A stretch of 60,785 nt of DNA, filler included, from Syncephalis fuscata S228 (lineage: Eukaryota; Fungi; Zoopagomycota): NCBI GenBank assembly GCA_025786725.1. It is 4 parts of 4 records of this genome, joined end to end, with 100 filler letters (N's around TTAATTAATTAA, not from the genome) between each part and the next. Parts side by side here need not be neighbours in the genome. Positions count along the whole stretch, not along the records: positions 1 to 20,946 come from JAHLTZ010000158.1; 3 more parts are not named here. One strand, given 5' to 3'. Under the pieces are notes generated by a model, which was given only the letters and a program-made list of their open reading frames with translations, did no database searches and was not told the origin of the DNA. Each line of letters starts with the position of its first letter. Within the stretch, counting starts at the first letter, position 1. Below, piece by piece: positions 1 through 12,903 of the stretch. The position numbers and the translations under genes were made by a program.

Positions 1-894
1 TTTAGTCTACACCTGAAAACTGGTGACGAAAATGACCTGTTGGAATGTTTCATTGCTCAAAATGCTGTGATGCATCACCCTACAAATAGTACTTATTGTA
101 TAGTCAATTGCAAATAATTTAGATGAGCCGCCATTTAAATGATGGTAGTTGCGCAGCATGTAGTATGGTATGCCTGGATGTGCTGCATTGTGAATTCAAA
201 GCAATAATTACCCCTGTAACAATGGGCATAGTGTCGAATGAAATGTATACACGTACCAATCAACACACTTTATGATTTAAAAATTATGACTGGCCTATGT
301 ATGGCAGTAAAACCTGTATAAAATACCAGCTTGATATGTTAAACTTGTTTTTGCATCAGTGTTGTGTGCTATTCTGTATGCAACAGATATTGAGGACTGA
401 GTCGGTAGAAATGGCAGCAAAGACATCATTATTGTTTTTACAAAACCAAGCAATATACTTGTTTTACCAAATAGTTAGATCGTGTACCAGAAAATACAGA
501 ATGATGTACATGTCTCTATTGCATATGTACTGCTTATTGTAATTGCTGCATCATCTGTGTAAATGCCGAGAAAATTGAAGTAAAGGCTGGTCAGGTTGGA
601 ATCAAGGCTGAGATACATATTATCACGCCATGAATCTATTGGTACATGTGCACCTCAACCACTGTTTGGATTATTTTATTGGTTCATATTACACATCAAT
701 GGTATATATCGTATACTGTAGTATACTAGCATTTCAACAAGATCATAAGTATAAATAGCCCACAAAATATACACAACCAACTGCAATATCATCATTACGC
801 TCTACTTCTTGCTAAACACGCACTATTCACCACTTTACACCAACCACACTCTACTATCTCTTTTATTTGTTTGTCTTAACAAATCAATATTACC
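1..894 (+). repeat. Upstream flank shared by the three peptide paralogs
   Basis: Aligns by eye with 38821-39734 (+) and with the reverse complement of 24918-26030. Confidence 0.9.
750..757 (+). promoter_or_regulatory. Candidate TATA box of peptide gene A
   Basis: TATAAATA 145 bp upstream of the ATG. The same motif sits at the homologous position in paralog C (39590-39597); paralog B has the variant TTTAAATA (25055-25062, - strand). Confidence 0.55.
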
Positions 895-3372
895 ATGAAG
901 CTTTCTATTGCCGCCGTTTGCACCATTGTCGTGGCTATCATGGCCAGTACAGCCATGGTAGATGCTAAACCAGCCTTAGTTCGCCGTGGTGGTATGTTGC
1001 AATAACAATAAATATACCATAATATTTTGTTTACTAACATTGTTTTTAAATAATAATTATAATAGAATGTAAGCACTATTGTATATTAACTGACTATACA
1101 TTAACTATGCCATTTATCAACTATACCGACTATTTAATATTAATAGCTCGTAAGTCGTATTGTATGTTAATAGAGCATACAATAATTATATACTATGCAT
1201 TACCTCCATCAATAACTTGATATTAGTAACATGTAAGTTGTATTGTATAGCAATCACCTACTCGCTAATTGCATATTATGCATCATGTGCATCAATGATT
1301 TAATAATAATAGGCGGTAAGTAATACTGTATATTGATTAACTATTGACTAATTATATACCATGCATTGTGTGTACCAAAAAATTAATGCCATAGAGGGTA
1401 AGATGTATTATATGTTAATTAACTGTTCACTAACTTTATATTATACACCACGTATATAAAAAACTTAATATTAATAGAATGCAAGTTATATTATATATTA
1501 ATTAAACATTGACTAATTACATTTTATGCACTGTGTATCAATAACTTAATAGGCAGTAAGTAGCATTGTATGTTGTTGATATAAGTTAATTATGCATTAT
1601 GCATTGTGTATATCAACAACTTAATGCCATAGGAAGTAAGTTGTATTGTACATTAATTAAGTATTAATTAGTTATATACTATGTAATGTGTGTATCAATA
1701 ACTTAATATTACCAGGCAGTAAGTTATATTGTATATTAGTTGGCTATACATTAACCATGTTATTTACTAATGATATTAATAACTTGATACTAATAGAATG
1801 TAAGTTATATTGTATATTAATTAAACATTGGCTAATTACATTTTATGCACTGTGTATCAATAACTTAATATTAATAGGCAGTAAGTGATATTATATATTA
1901 ATCGACTATACATTAACTATGCTATTCACTAATTGTACTGCTTATTTAATATTAATAGAGGGTAAGTGGTATTGCATACTAATTAACTATGCTATTCACT
2001 GATTGTACCAATTGTTTAATATTAATAGAATGTAAGTAATATTGTATGTTAATTAACTATACATTAACTATAATCTTTGTTAATTGTGCCAATTATTTAA
2101 TATTAATAGGGAGTAAGTGATATTGTATATTACTTAATTGTACATTAATTGCTATTTACTGAATGTGCTAATTATTTGATATTAATAGAGGGTAAGTGGT
2201 ATTATATATTAATTAACTATACATTAACTATGCTATTTACTAATTGTGTTAATTATTTAATATTAATAGACTGTAAATGATATTGAATATTAATTAACTA
2301 TACATTAACTATGCTATTTACTAATTGTGCCAATTATTTGATATTAATAGATAGTAAGTGATATTAAATATCAATTGACTATACATTAACTATGCTATCT
2401 ACTGATTGTGCTGATTATTTAATCTTAATAGTTAGTAAGTTATACTGTATATTAACATGCTATTTACTGATTGTATCAATTGTTTAACATTAATAGGTGG
2501 TAAGTTGTATTGCATATTAACAGACTATACATTAACTACGCTATTTGCTGATTGTGCCAATTGTTTAATATTAATAGCCTGTAAGTTGTATTGTATATTA
2601 ACTGACTATACATTAACTATGCCATTTATTGATTGTACCAATTATTTAATATTAATAGGTGGTAAGTTATATTGTATATTAACTGACTGCATTAATTTTA
2701 CCAATTATTTAATATTAATAGTGTGTAAGTAATATTGTATATTAATTGGTTATATAGCAACCATGGTATTTATTGATTGTATCAATTATTTAATATTAAT
2801 AGTTAGTAAGTGGTATTGTATATTAACTGATTATACATTAAATATGCTATTTATTGATTGTACCGGCTATTTAATATTAATAGAATGTAAGTTGTATTGT
2901 TTATTAATTGATTATTCACTAATTACATGCCATTTACTGCGCATCAACAACTTAATATTAATAGGTAGTAAGTAAAGCTATGTATTAACTGAATATGCAC
3001 TAACTACATGCCTTGTATTATGTACAAATAACTTAATATAATAGGACGTAAGTTGCATTATGTGTCGATTAACTACTTGCTAATTATATGCCATGTATTA
3101 TGCGTATAAATAACTTAATATAATAGAAAGTAAGTTGTATTATATATTAATTAAATATCCACTAATTATGTGCCATGTGCTGTATCCATCAATAAATCAA
3201 TATTAGCGGAATGTAATTTGTATAGTATATTAATTAATTCCTCACTAATTACATGTTATGCACTATGTGTATCAACAACTTGATATTAATAGGCGGTAAG
3301 TAGCATTGTATATTGATAGATTATGTATTAGTTATGTGTAATATAATATATTTATTTGTAAATACAGAATAA
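895..3372 (+). CDS. Micro-exon gene A: secreted cysteine-rich peptide precursor (64 aa; 31 exons, 29 of them 3 or 6 nt)
   Basis: Exon 1 (895-991) encodes MKLSIAAVCTIVVAIMASTAMVDAKPALVRRG+G, followed by the donor GTATGT. Micro-exons lie between (T/C)AG and GTAAG-type sites: AAT 1066, CTC 1147, TAACAT 1227, GCG 1313, AGG 1395, AAT 1478, GCA 1553, GAA 1633, GCA 1716, AAT 1797, GCA 1878, AGG 1959, AAT 2029, GGA 2110, AGG 2189, ACT 2270, ATA 2351, TTA 2432, GTG 2497, CCT 2578, GTG 2659, TGT 2722, TTA 2803, AAT 2884, GTA 2965, GAC 3045, AAA 3127, CGGAAT 3207, GCG 3293. The last exon starts at 3368 (AA TAA). The spliced mature region GESLTCEECRSKCKEWKDYISACVFKCRQTECE has no internal stop, and its stop is at the same position relative to the 3' UTR as in the intronless paralog. 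Confidence 0.88.
992..3367 (+). repeat. Array of ~80-bp units, each one intron plus one micro-exon (30 introns)
   Basis: Unit consensus GTAAGT..TATTGTATATTAA...(CTAAY/CTGAT branch-like)...AAYTTAATATTAATAG followed by a variable NNN. Confidence 0.95.
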
Positions 3373-4199
3373 TCGATGGTTTCAAGACATCAGCATTGGT
3401 GGTGCAATCAAGCCACTATTCCAATACACTTTAGGTATATATTTGGTGAAAAGCAAGACCATTTGACAACTACGCCGTCCAGTCTATCTATATATCAAGT
3501 TTTGGCCAATGCTCCGATTTATCCAGTCTTTAATCAATGGAATCCTTATTTTATCAACATGTTTGCATCTAGTTGTCCCTATTCAGCTGTGCAAGCTTAT
3601 CGTAATAAACTTATGGTTTCATTTTAACAAGATAATAATAATAAATTGCCAATTGGATTTTAATACTGAGAAATAATTTATTGAAGCAGTGCTATATCAT
3701 TTCCAATTAATTCAAGTGATAAGTCAGCCCGCATTATTTTTAATATCCAATATTAGTGTCAATAAATGTTAAATAATATTTTATATTGTTACTATATCGA
3801 TTTTAAGGTACTGTAAAGTTTGTAAACAGCCAAAGTAGGAGGGAAAGCGGTAGGGATGGCTTAGCAAACTATAAATACTTAATTAATAAAATTGTTATTA
3901 AATATTTACGTAATGGACTTTGTTACCAACAAATAGCTTTGTTTAGCACTTTACACAGAGGTCACAGCTGTATAAACCTGAAATTTAAGCTAAAAGAAAA
4001 CGTTGGGAGCAAAAAAGCTGTTTATTAACTGTTTGGCCGACAGTATTATAATACTTAATACTTTCGGCATTTAAAATGGTGTATACTGCAATGGGCCCTG
4101 ACGGGAAAAGCTTAATTAAAGTACGACAAAGCTTAAATTGAACTTCGTTAAGTACGTAATTTAAGCATTGGTAACAATATTATATACAATAAAATATAC

Positions 4200-4560
4200 C
4201 CACTTTAGCCACTGATCATAATAAATGGCTAACAAATTTAATTAAATTGTATAATAATGTTAAATGAAACACAACAGTTTACATAATTATCCCGTTTATT
4301 CAACTCAATTAACGCAATAATCATTGATATCATTACTAAAATAGCTAACATGAGTGTAATTGTAGTAAATGTACCTCATTGTAATATGCTAATATTCAAT
4401 CAATCTTTTTACACATGGCCAACAACAATAATGATTAACCTCAAATGTCTTAATGAAATCAAATACTATTAATAAAAAGTAATATAAATATATTGTGTAT
4501 AATAATGGTATGACTTTAAACAAAATTTACTTTAAGGACTCAAAATAGAGTGTGAAAAAT
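4200..4560 (+). repeat. Dispersed non-coding repeat, with copies near each peptide locus
   Basis: The core ACACATGGCCAACAACAATAATGATTAACCTCAAATGT is found reverse-complemented at ~26740-27170, ~37670-37770 and ~42115-42350. Confidence 0.7.
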
Positions 4561-5134
4561 AAATGTTAATCAACTTTAGTATATAATTAGATACTGTGTT
4601 TTACACAAAAAGACACAAGTAATGTAAATATAAAGGCGCATTTTACTTTGGATCAAATAAGTTAATAGGATAATGTACTTATTAAAATGCTAATAAATCT
4701 AAATATAAAGATTACATGTGTTTAATATGTGCAGTGTTAGCTTTTAGTCTTGCAATTTCAATCATATCGTATTAATCCATCTAATAATAATAGTGATTAA
4801 ATGACATTAATTATTAATATTTCTACTAAATGCTGTTTATAAAGTTATAATAAATTTACTTATTTTATTCAATCGATTTAAACAGGCAATAAAATACTGA
4901 ATTGTTTATCATTTTATAAATATGATGTCTAACAAACGTCATCACATTTTCTTATTTCTTATTATTGACTGTGTACAAGTGCCGTCATTTCACCAATCAG
5001 CCATCTTTACGCATTCTCTTCCCAAACCAATTCCATCGCCTGTGTCTTTCATTTGCTAACAAGAGTATATTGGATTCTTGAGCCTATTCTCTAGTTTAAT
5101 TGGCGTTTTAATCGCAAAACAGAACTATATTACA

Positions 5135-8100
5135 ATGTCGGTTGCCAAGGATGCAGCAACTATCGAGCAGTTTCGAGCATTCCGTCGAATGAATCTCGAT
5201 GCATGGCGAAGCAAGCCAGGTATGTTATACTCGGGCCAACTAACAAGAATGACAGACTTATACATGAATACTATACAGATCCAGAACAGTTTAAGAATCT
5301 AGATTCTAATCTAAAGAAAAATACCGCGTTTATTAAAAAATGCCGCGCCTCGTTAGGCCAAGATGCCTTAGCACAGTTGAAGCGTGATATCAAACAGCTT
5401 AAACTTGAAAAATATGTTAGTGAAATTGTTACCGCAATACCAGAGGGTCTACAGCGGTGTAAGCGAGAAGCAGACGTTACGGCAGCTGTAGAAGTAAGTA
5501 CAACAATGAGTTTAATTCAATCGATATTTAAAGATTAATGTGTGTATTTTAAGATTGTATCATTGCTACACCAGCGATTTGCTGATACGTTTTCCGTACC
5601 ACTAGCTCAACAGCTACAACGGGCCATGGCGCCAACACCCAAAGCACATCTTGCCTCATTATCGGCTGAACAACGAGAACGTGAAGAAACAGCCAGAGTA
5701 TCAAAACAACGCATTCTTGGTCGAATCTTTGTTGATTTATGGCTAGTGGGCATATTTGCGGGTATTGATGGTGGAAAAGAGAAAGAGCGTAATATTCGTA
5801 TTGATGATCATGTTGTGTTCCAATGTTTCTACAATTTGGTAAGTTATTTAACTGATGTATACTGAGTTAATAGACTATAACTTAATGCATCTATATTTGC
5901 TATGCCTAGCTGAAGGACGATGCAGATCATATTAATCTTTTATTGGCAACGTCTTTTACTCGGTATTATGGCCTACAAATACTAAATATTGCGGCTCGTA
6001 AAGTGCGTAAAACAGCCGACGGTCAAGATGCTACTACAAACATAGAATCAAGTAAAGAAGAGAGCCTGAAACTATATCCCGATGATATTATATCCAACGA
6101 ACTACGCCAGAAATACCTTAATCTATTCACTGAATATTATCATTCAGTGGCCAAACATCTGGTTCGTGACTATCGTGTAAGTATAGTATGTATATAATCG
6201 ATAGCGTTATTATTGATAGAATTGAAGTATATGAAACGACTTGAACGAAGAAATAATGAATGGGCCATTGCTCGCGGTGAAATTACCGAAGAAACTCGAC
6301 AAAACTTTGACCGTGTAGTGAAGAATTATGAAAAGTTACAAAGTAGCACTCAAAGGTAAATAAATAGCAAATAAAAAGGTAGAAATACTAATTACTATGT
6401 ATACTAATTGGTTTATTCGTAGTCTGGCCGATTATTTGGACAAAGATTTGCCTGAATTACCTGTAGAAGAAGACACATCAGTTGGTGTATCTTTAGTTAA
6501 GGCAGGAGGCAGAGATGAAGATGAAACAGTTAGTATTTATTAATAATATTGATATAATAATTAATTAATATATCAATCGTTATCAGGATATGGGAAATGG
6601 TGTATGGGAAGATGAAGATTCTAGACTATTTTATGAATCAACATTAGATCTCAAAAATGCTGTACCAGCCATTCTGTTAGAAGGACGCAAGAATAAGAAA
6701 GAGTCAACGGCTAATACGGTAAATGACGAACCCGCTGAATTGTCACAAGATACACAAGCAACAATCGATGAAGCATCTCAGCCATCATCAAAATTAACAT
6801 CAACAGCAACAGCAGATGCTCATGAAGTAGAAGAAGCAATGCGACAGATGATGGAGCGTATGGGTGTTGCCGAAGAAGGCGATGAAGATGAAGACAACGA
6901 CGATGCCGATGATGCAGCCAATCCAGACTCGCTCTTTAATCAACATTTAGATGAAGCAACAGCAACAACAGCAAATGATGAAGAGAAAACAGTCGATGAA
7001 GGTGGCATGGCCGCCAGTGGTAAGATTGGTACATCGGCTAAACTTGACAGTTTATTAGCACGATTACCAACTATGAACAACCGAGAGCTTATTGATAGAG
7101 CAGCCATAGACTTTTGTTTTCTTAATACAAAAGGATCTCGTAAACGATTAGCTCAGGTAAATTGTAGCAACTATATCATTTAATATTGATACTGATCAAT
7201 ATGATAGGCATTATACAATGTACCACGTACTCGGTTAGATCTACTACCTTATTATGCTCGACTAGTAGCCACATTACACCCATATATGCCAGAAATTAGT
7301 GAACTTGTTTTAGGTGGATTAGAAAGTGAATTTCGCTATTTATCACATAGAAAGCGTCGACAATTACTTGAATCACGTATTAGGAACATTCGATTTATTG
7401 CTGAATTAGTGAAGTTTGATGTAACGCCACTACATGTGGCATTCCATTGTTTTAAAGTGCTGCTTGATGATTTTTTATCAGAAAGTATTGAAATCTTATG
7501 CCATTTACTTGATAGTTGTGGTAGATTCCTTTTTAGAACACCGGCTACGCATGCTCGTACAAATACTATGGTAAGTTGTATTAGTGTATTATTAATAGAC
7601 AATAAATGAACTAATAGTAATAACAATAATATACAATATATAAAATACAATACAATTAGCTGGAAATTGTTATGAAGAAGAAACAGGCTCTACCATTGGA
7701 TGCCCGTCTTACTATGATGATCGAGAATGCTTACTACCAAGTGAGTAAAATGACACTTGTAACAAGTCAAAGTAAAATAGCTATTAATAGTGTATATTTA
7801 TTTGTATTTATATATAGTGTAATCCACCCGAGGTAGTTGCTCGTGAAGAGAAAGAACGCACACCCATCGAGCAATATGCACGTAAATTGATATATATCGA
7901 TTTAGGACCTCGTACAGTAGAAAAAGTATTGCGTAGTCTACGTAAATTTGATTGGGATGATCCAGAAGTATGTCAATAGCTACAATTTTATTACCAATAT
8001 TCTAATATTTTAATATTATTAGATTGTTACTATGATGGTTAGACTATTAACAAAGCCATGGAAGATTCAATACAGCCAATTACACTTATTAGCTGTATTG

Positions 8101-9881
8101 GCCAGTGGTCTCTATCGATACCATAGCGATTTAGGTGTTATGGTAATTGATACGCTATTAGAAGAGATTCGTGTTGGTCTTGAGGTAAGTAGATGAAGTA
8201 TAAGTATTCAATAATAAGCTAATTAATAAATGTAAATGAACTATAAATAGAAAAATCTATTTAGACAAAATCAACGACGTGTATCAGTTGTTCGATATTT
8301 GGGAGAATTGTATAATTATCGAATGATTGATTCATCCATTGTATTTGAGACACTTTATACAATTATTACATTGGGTCATGGTAAGTATACTATTGATGTT
8401 AATGATACTATTCTTATTCAATATTCTATAGAAAATGGTAGACCGGCATGGGGTAGAATCTGTTGGTTAGATTTACCAAATGACTTTTTCCGTGTACGAC
8501 TATGTTGTGTTCTACTTGATACATGTGGCATCTACTTTAACAAAGGGCCATCTAAAGCACGATTAGATGCATTCCTTACCTTCTTCCAGGTAATGATAGC
8601 TATAATTGATGTTTATTACGACAACTAGACTATACTAACACGAAATAATAGATGTATTGCCTTACTAAGAGTCAAATGCCTATGGATGCCGATTATATGG
8701 TGAAGGATCTATACGATGTAAGTTTACTAATATAATATTTATTAATGAAATGACAATTAATAATCTACATATACGTCATTAGCTATTAAGGCCACACATG
8801 AAGCTACATGCAACCTATGAGGCTGCACAATTGGCAGTTGATGAGCTGTTAATGGCAAATCTAAAGGCAGTACAAGGTATATTTATTGCATGTAGTATCT
8901 ATAAACAACCACTAATCAATAAACTATAGAGGCTACAGGTGACACATCACAAGTTACCGGTCCTATGGCAGATCCAATTCAGTTGCCGGATAACGAAGAA
9001 GAGTATTTGGAAGACGAGGAGGAAGATGACGACGATGAAGATGAGGAAGAGAGTGAGCGTTCAGATGAAGATGAAGATGAGGAGGACGATGAAGATGAGG
9101 AGGAAGAGGAGGAAGAGGATGAGGATGAAGAAGAGCTACCACCTGCTGACAATGATGAACATGGCACATTTGTTGATCCTGATGACGATAATGTTGTAGT
9201 AGTATTGGGTAGAAAGGATGAGACGAGTATTGATGAAGAGTTTGAAAAGGAATTCAGTCTTATGATGGCAGAAAGTTTGGAATCTCGTAAATTTGAACGT
9301 AAAGCGGGTACATTAGATGTGGCAATTCCCATGCATTTACGTGGATGTAAGTGGTGTGACTAACATTTATTGTATACTATGTTAATATTTACTGTACAAT
9401 TACTATAGCGAATCATGAACCCTTAACCGTTGATACAGTGACGCCATCTGATGGACAACATGTATCATTTACGTTATTATTAAAGCGTGGTAATCGACAA
9501 CAGGTGATTTAAACGAATAGACGGAGATGATGGTACTGATTATGCAATTATTTAGACCAAGATAGTGGATGTGCCATCAGATTCAGCCCTAGCTGTTTCT
9601 ACTCGTCAGAAACAGTCTGCAGAGAAAGAAGAGAAACAACGACTAAAACAACTAGTGTTGAACTATGAAGAGAGGGAACAAGCTCAAGAGATGCAATGTA
9701 AGATAATTTAAATAGATCATTGTATTACATTTATGATACTAATACAATCAATATTGCTATTACCCTATGACTAATAACAGCTTTGAAGCGTTCACTGGCC
9801 CAACAAGGTGTACATCTAAAGCACTCGGGACATGGACGTAGCCAGCGTGGCCGATCAAACCCATCACTTTACGAACAATAA
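5135..9881 (+). CDS. UPF2: Nonsense-mediated decay factor UPF2/NMD2 (multi-exon)
   Basis: LDSNLKKNTAFIKK and LEKYVSEIV (MIF4G-1), WEDEDSRLFYE, MGELYNYRMIDS and DFFRVRLCCVLLDTCG (MIF4G-3), an acidic tract, then EFEKEFSLMMAESLESRK and KQLVLNYEERE at the C-terminus; canonical short introns. Confidence 0.95.
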
Positions 9882-10279
9882 CCAACCAACCGACCAACCA
9901 ACCATTTTATGGCTAGCTAGCCACTAGTATATTCTAGTACAGCATTGACGTCTATTTAACGGACATAAAACTATTGATTAATTGGTTCAACATCACGCAC
10001 TGCACTGGTTTGGTCAGAAAGAGTTATTTTTGCCGATGAACAGCTATTGATCACTGGAAATTTGATTAGCTATACCAATTAGAAAGCTGTTACACATACA
10101 TGCATACATATATATACATATATATTGTATTGTATATTACATATATTCGATGCTCAAAAGTGTTGTAGGTAACGATGGGTAAACAAGATTGATGCTATTA
10201 ATAAATGTCGAGTCATTTTTTATTACAACTATATTGATATGATTAATTTTGATTGATTAAGCAAAAGGTTATTGTTAAT

Positions 10280-12806
10280 TATTTGCTATTTGTAAGGATA
10301 TATTTACTCATCAGTGACTGTAACTATTCTTGGTACTGGTTGTATTTGTTCAAATCGACTAAGTAGCGTGTTATTATACTATTTAGTAGATATTAATCAG
10401 CACAATACCTACCTATAACATTTACCGCACACTTTTCGAGTAATATCAAGTGATTTGGAGTGTCGCCCAATTCTATCAAATAATAGTTAGACTAATTAGT
10501 TACGGATATTATACTTGTAATTAATTAAAACTACAAACATTATAGCGCAGCTTGTATTGGTGCATCGCCATTGATACTTGTAGTAAATGTCAAAGTTATG
10601 TGTCCGCGATGTCTTTAGTGTTGGATAGATCTTGTTAATACGTTGACACCTATTTAATATTATAGAATAGCCATTAATACATGTTTGCCTTTATTTATAG
10701 TTACATTAAGTAATTTATATATTTTACTTACCATATACGAAATATTGGTCCATGATGTGCTTTACAAGTGTGATTAATAACAAAGGTGGCCGCGTGTGTC
10801 ATCTCATGCACAAGTACTTCAGCAAGTCGTTCTATCATAATGTACAACTAAGCAATAGGTTGCTATACCTACGCATAACCATGCCTTACCTGCACTATCA
10901 ATTACTTTCTCAACTAAGCGAATATATGGTTTTGCCCGAACACTGCCATCTTCTTGGGTTTGTCTATTGATAGTATCGTATTAGTTAAGTAATTATTTAT
11001 AGCGTGTTACCGACGTTTCAAAATGACACCAACCACCGGTGCGTCGTCCTTTGTTATCCCAGTCAATTACCATGTCGTGCGGTAGTAATTGGTCAAAAAT
11101 AGTTTGATTAAATATTCGATACAACTCGCTAACCAAATTGTCGCGTCGACGTCGAAATTGTAGTCGCGTTAAATTTTGATAAGCCATTAACCAGGATAGA
11201 TCGTGTTCTTGTGGACGTGATACACTACAAAGTACCCAGGTAGATGTGATTCGTTTTGGTAATGACTGGCAATAAGTTAAACAGCATCGATTAACGCGGC
11301 CATTTTTGGATGTTGTTTCTGTAATTTTTAATGAAATACTGAAATTTAATTCAATAAATTGATTGTAAGTAAAATGGTTTAAATTCAATTAGTGTCCGCG
11401 TTACCTTTCTTCTATTTCATCTTCAGATAGTACAATAGTGTTATTAAGCTGCTCAGTTACTGATAGTTTAACAGTTAATATCGATCATATAAGTAGATTA
11501 CTTATGGCACTTACGTAAATCGACTTCTTCTATTTGCTTGGTTGCTAAAGATGGTGTTATGTTATTTGGCACTATTTCTAATTCCTTACTTGGCGTGGAG
11601 CTTGGCGTAAAAAAAGGTGTGGAGCTGGTGGATTCGCAACCAGTCGGCACTTTTCCATTATTTTTCACTATTGGACTGTGCAAATGATATTGATCTAATA
11701 ATTGCGATGGACTTGTTATTGGTGTTTGCCAAATATGCTGCGGCAGTATATCGTCAGTTATAGTATCTAACTCCGCAGCAGATGAATTGCCACTTTCATT
11801 ATGGTGATGATGCTCTTGCAAATCCTCTTCATCTTCATCTTCATCGCTGTCATAGACAATATTTCGACGTCGATGTACAAGTTTTTGGTTATCGATAGGA
11901 CGTCGTCGAAATACAATACTTGTATCAGATATATAGGTAGATTCAAAATTTCCTATACTCAAATTGCTTGTATTATTAGCGATACCTGGCGAACAAATAG
12001 CTGGAATATTTGTAACATTGTTGCCAGCCTCTTTCTCAGCCTCTTCATCACTAGAAGTTATCTGAAGATTTCGTCTGTTTGCACGACCGCCACGTCGCCG
12101 TAATATCTGTATTGATTCTTCGTCGTCGCTCTGTTCTAACTCCTGCGATGCCAGTATCATAATTTCATTATTACTTGTACATTTACGAATTTGCTTGATT
12201 GGAACTGAACAATCAATTGATTGTTGTCTTTCATCCTAACAATAATAAAATTATTTTATATTCAATATTTAAATCAATTGCTTACTTGCTCATCATTAAT
12301 ACACAGTGAACGATTTATTAAATTGCAAATGCCACGATCCTCATTATCTTCACTTTCACTTAATAAAGCAGTTTGATCCACTACTACATTTGATTCGACG
12401 TTGGCTAAGGATGGCGCATCTAACAAGTTGGTTTGGCTGCTTTGCTGTATTAGATAGGCTGGTTGGTTTGTTATTTTGATGCTCAACTTACTTTACTATA
12501 TCTTCTATTGTCTGCTTAGTCGAATTTTCAGAAATATTGCATTGTTGCAAGGGAGGGTCAGAGGTATCTGCGCTATTTAAAGCTATTTCATGTTGGCTAT
12601 CCTTGTCTTCTGACATACAAACGCGACGCGTTTTGCTCGCTACTATTTATGGCTTAGATTGAGGAATACGTGTTTATATTGTCATTACCTTCTTGCTGAG
12701 TCAAGGCTGTAGGCTTTTGAGATTGGCACAAAATGCCCAAGAGCTGCTTAGTGTCAGGAAGCTCATCTTCTGAACTTGAGCTTAGCACTATAGAAATGTC
12801 ATTCAT
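10280..12806 (-). CDS. GCNA/ACRC-like SprT-family zinc metalloprotease with long acidic disordered N-terminus (multi-exon; 3' end approximate)
   Basis: LYRIFNQTIFDQLLP..IDWDNKGRRTGG, an HEXXH motif (VLVHEMTHAA near 10790-10815) and a C-terminal Zn ribbon IGRHSKSLDITRKVCGKC. The start reads MNDISIVLSSSSEDELP. Confidence 0.85.
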
Positions 12807-12903
12807 TGGTCTGGTAGTAAAATAAAATGAAATGAAATTTTTGTTTACTTATATTTTTTATTAATAACTCAGTAAATTGTATTGACAAATAAAATACAAA
12901 AAA

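Noticed and set aside
297-542. Short ORFs in the shared upstream flank (also 25548-25730 and 39119-39349)
   Set aside because: Start, frame and length differ between copies; the similarity reflects duplicated non-coding DNA.
1688-2975. ORF-track repetitive ORFs (…LILIGGKLYCIL…), and similar ORFs at 22803-22985 and 23642-23869
   Set aside because: They are read-through translations of repeated intron sequence.
992-3367. Arrays read as a CRISPR array or a plain minisatellite
   Set aside because: The context is eukaryotic with no cas genes and 'spacers' of only 3 nt. Unit ends are splice signals, and the variable triplets join into an open frame.
3920-4178. Possible MITE bounded by TTGTTACCAA/TTGGTAACAA
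   Set aside because: Only a 10-bp AT-rich inverted match, with no second copy or clear target-site duplication.
8939-9332. Overlapping low-complexity ORFs in the UPF2 and CHD1 acidic/His tracts
   Set aside because: They are shadow frames of trinucleotide-rich coding sequence.
5135-9881. Functional link between UPF2 (NMD) and the adjacent micro-exon gene
   Set aside because: Only one of three loci is adjacent, and there is no evidence beyond proximity.
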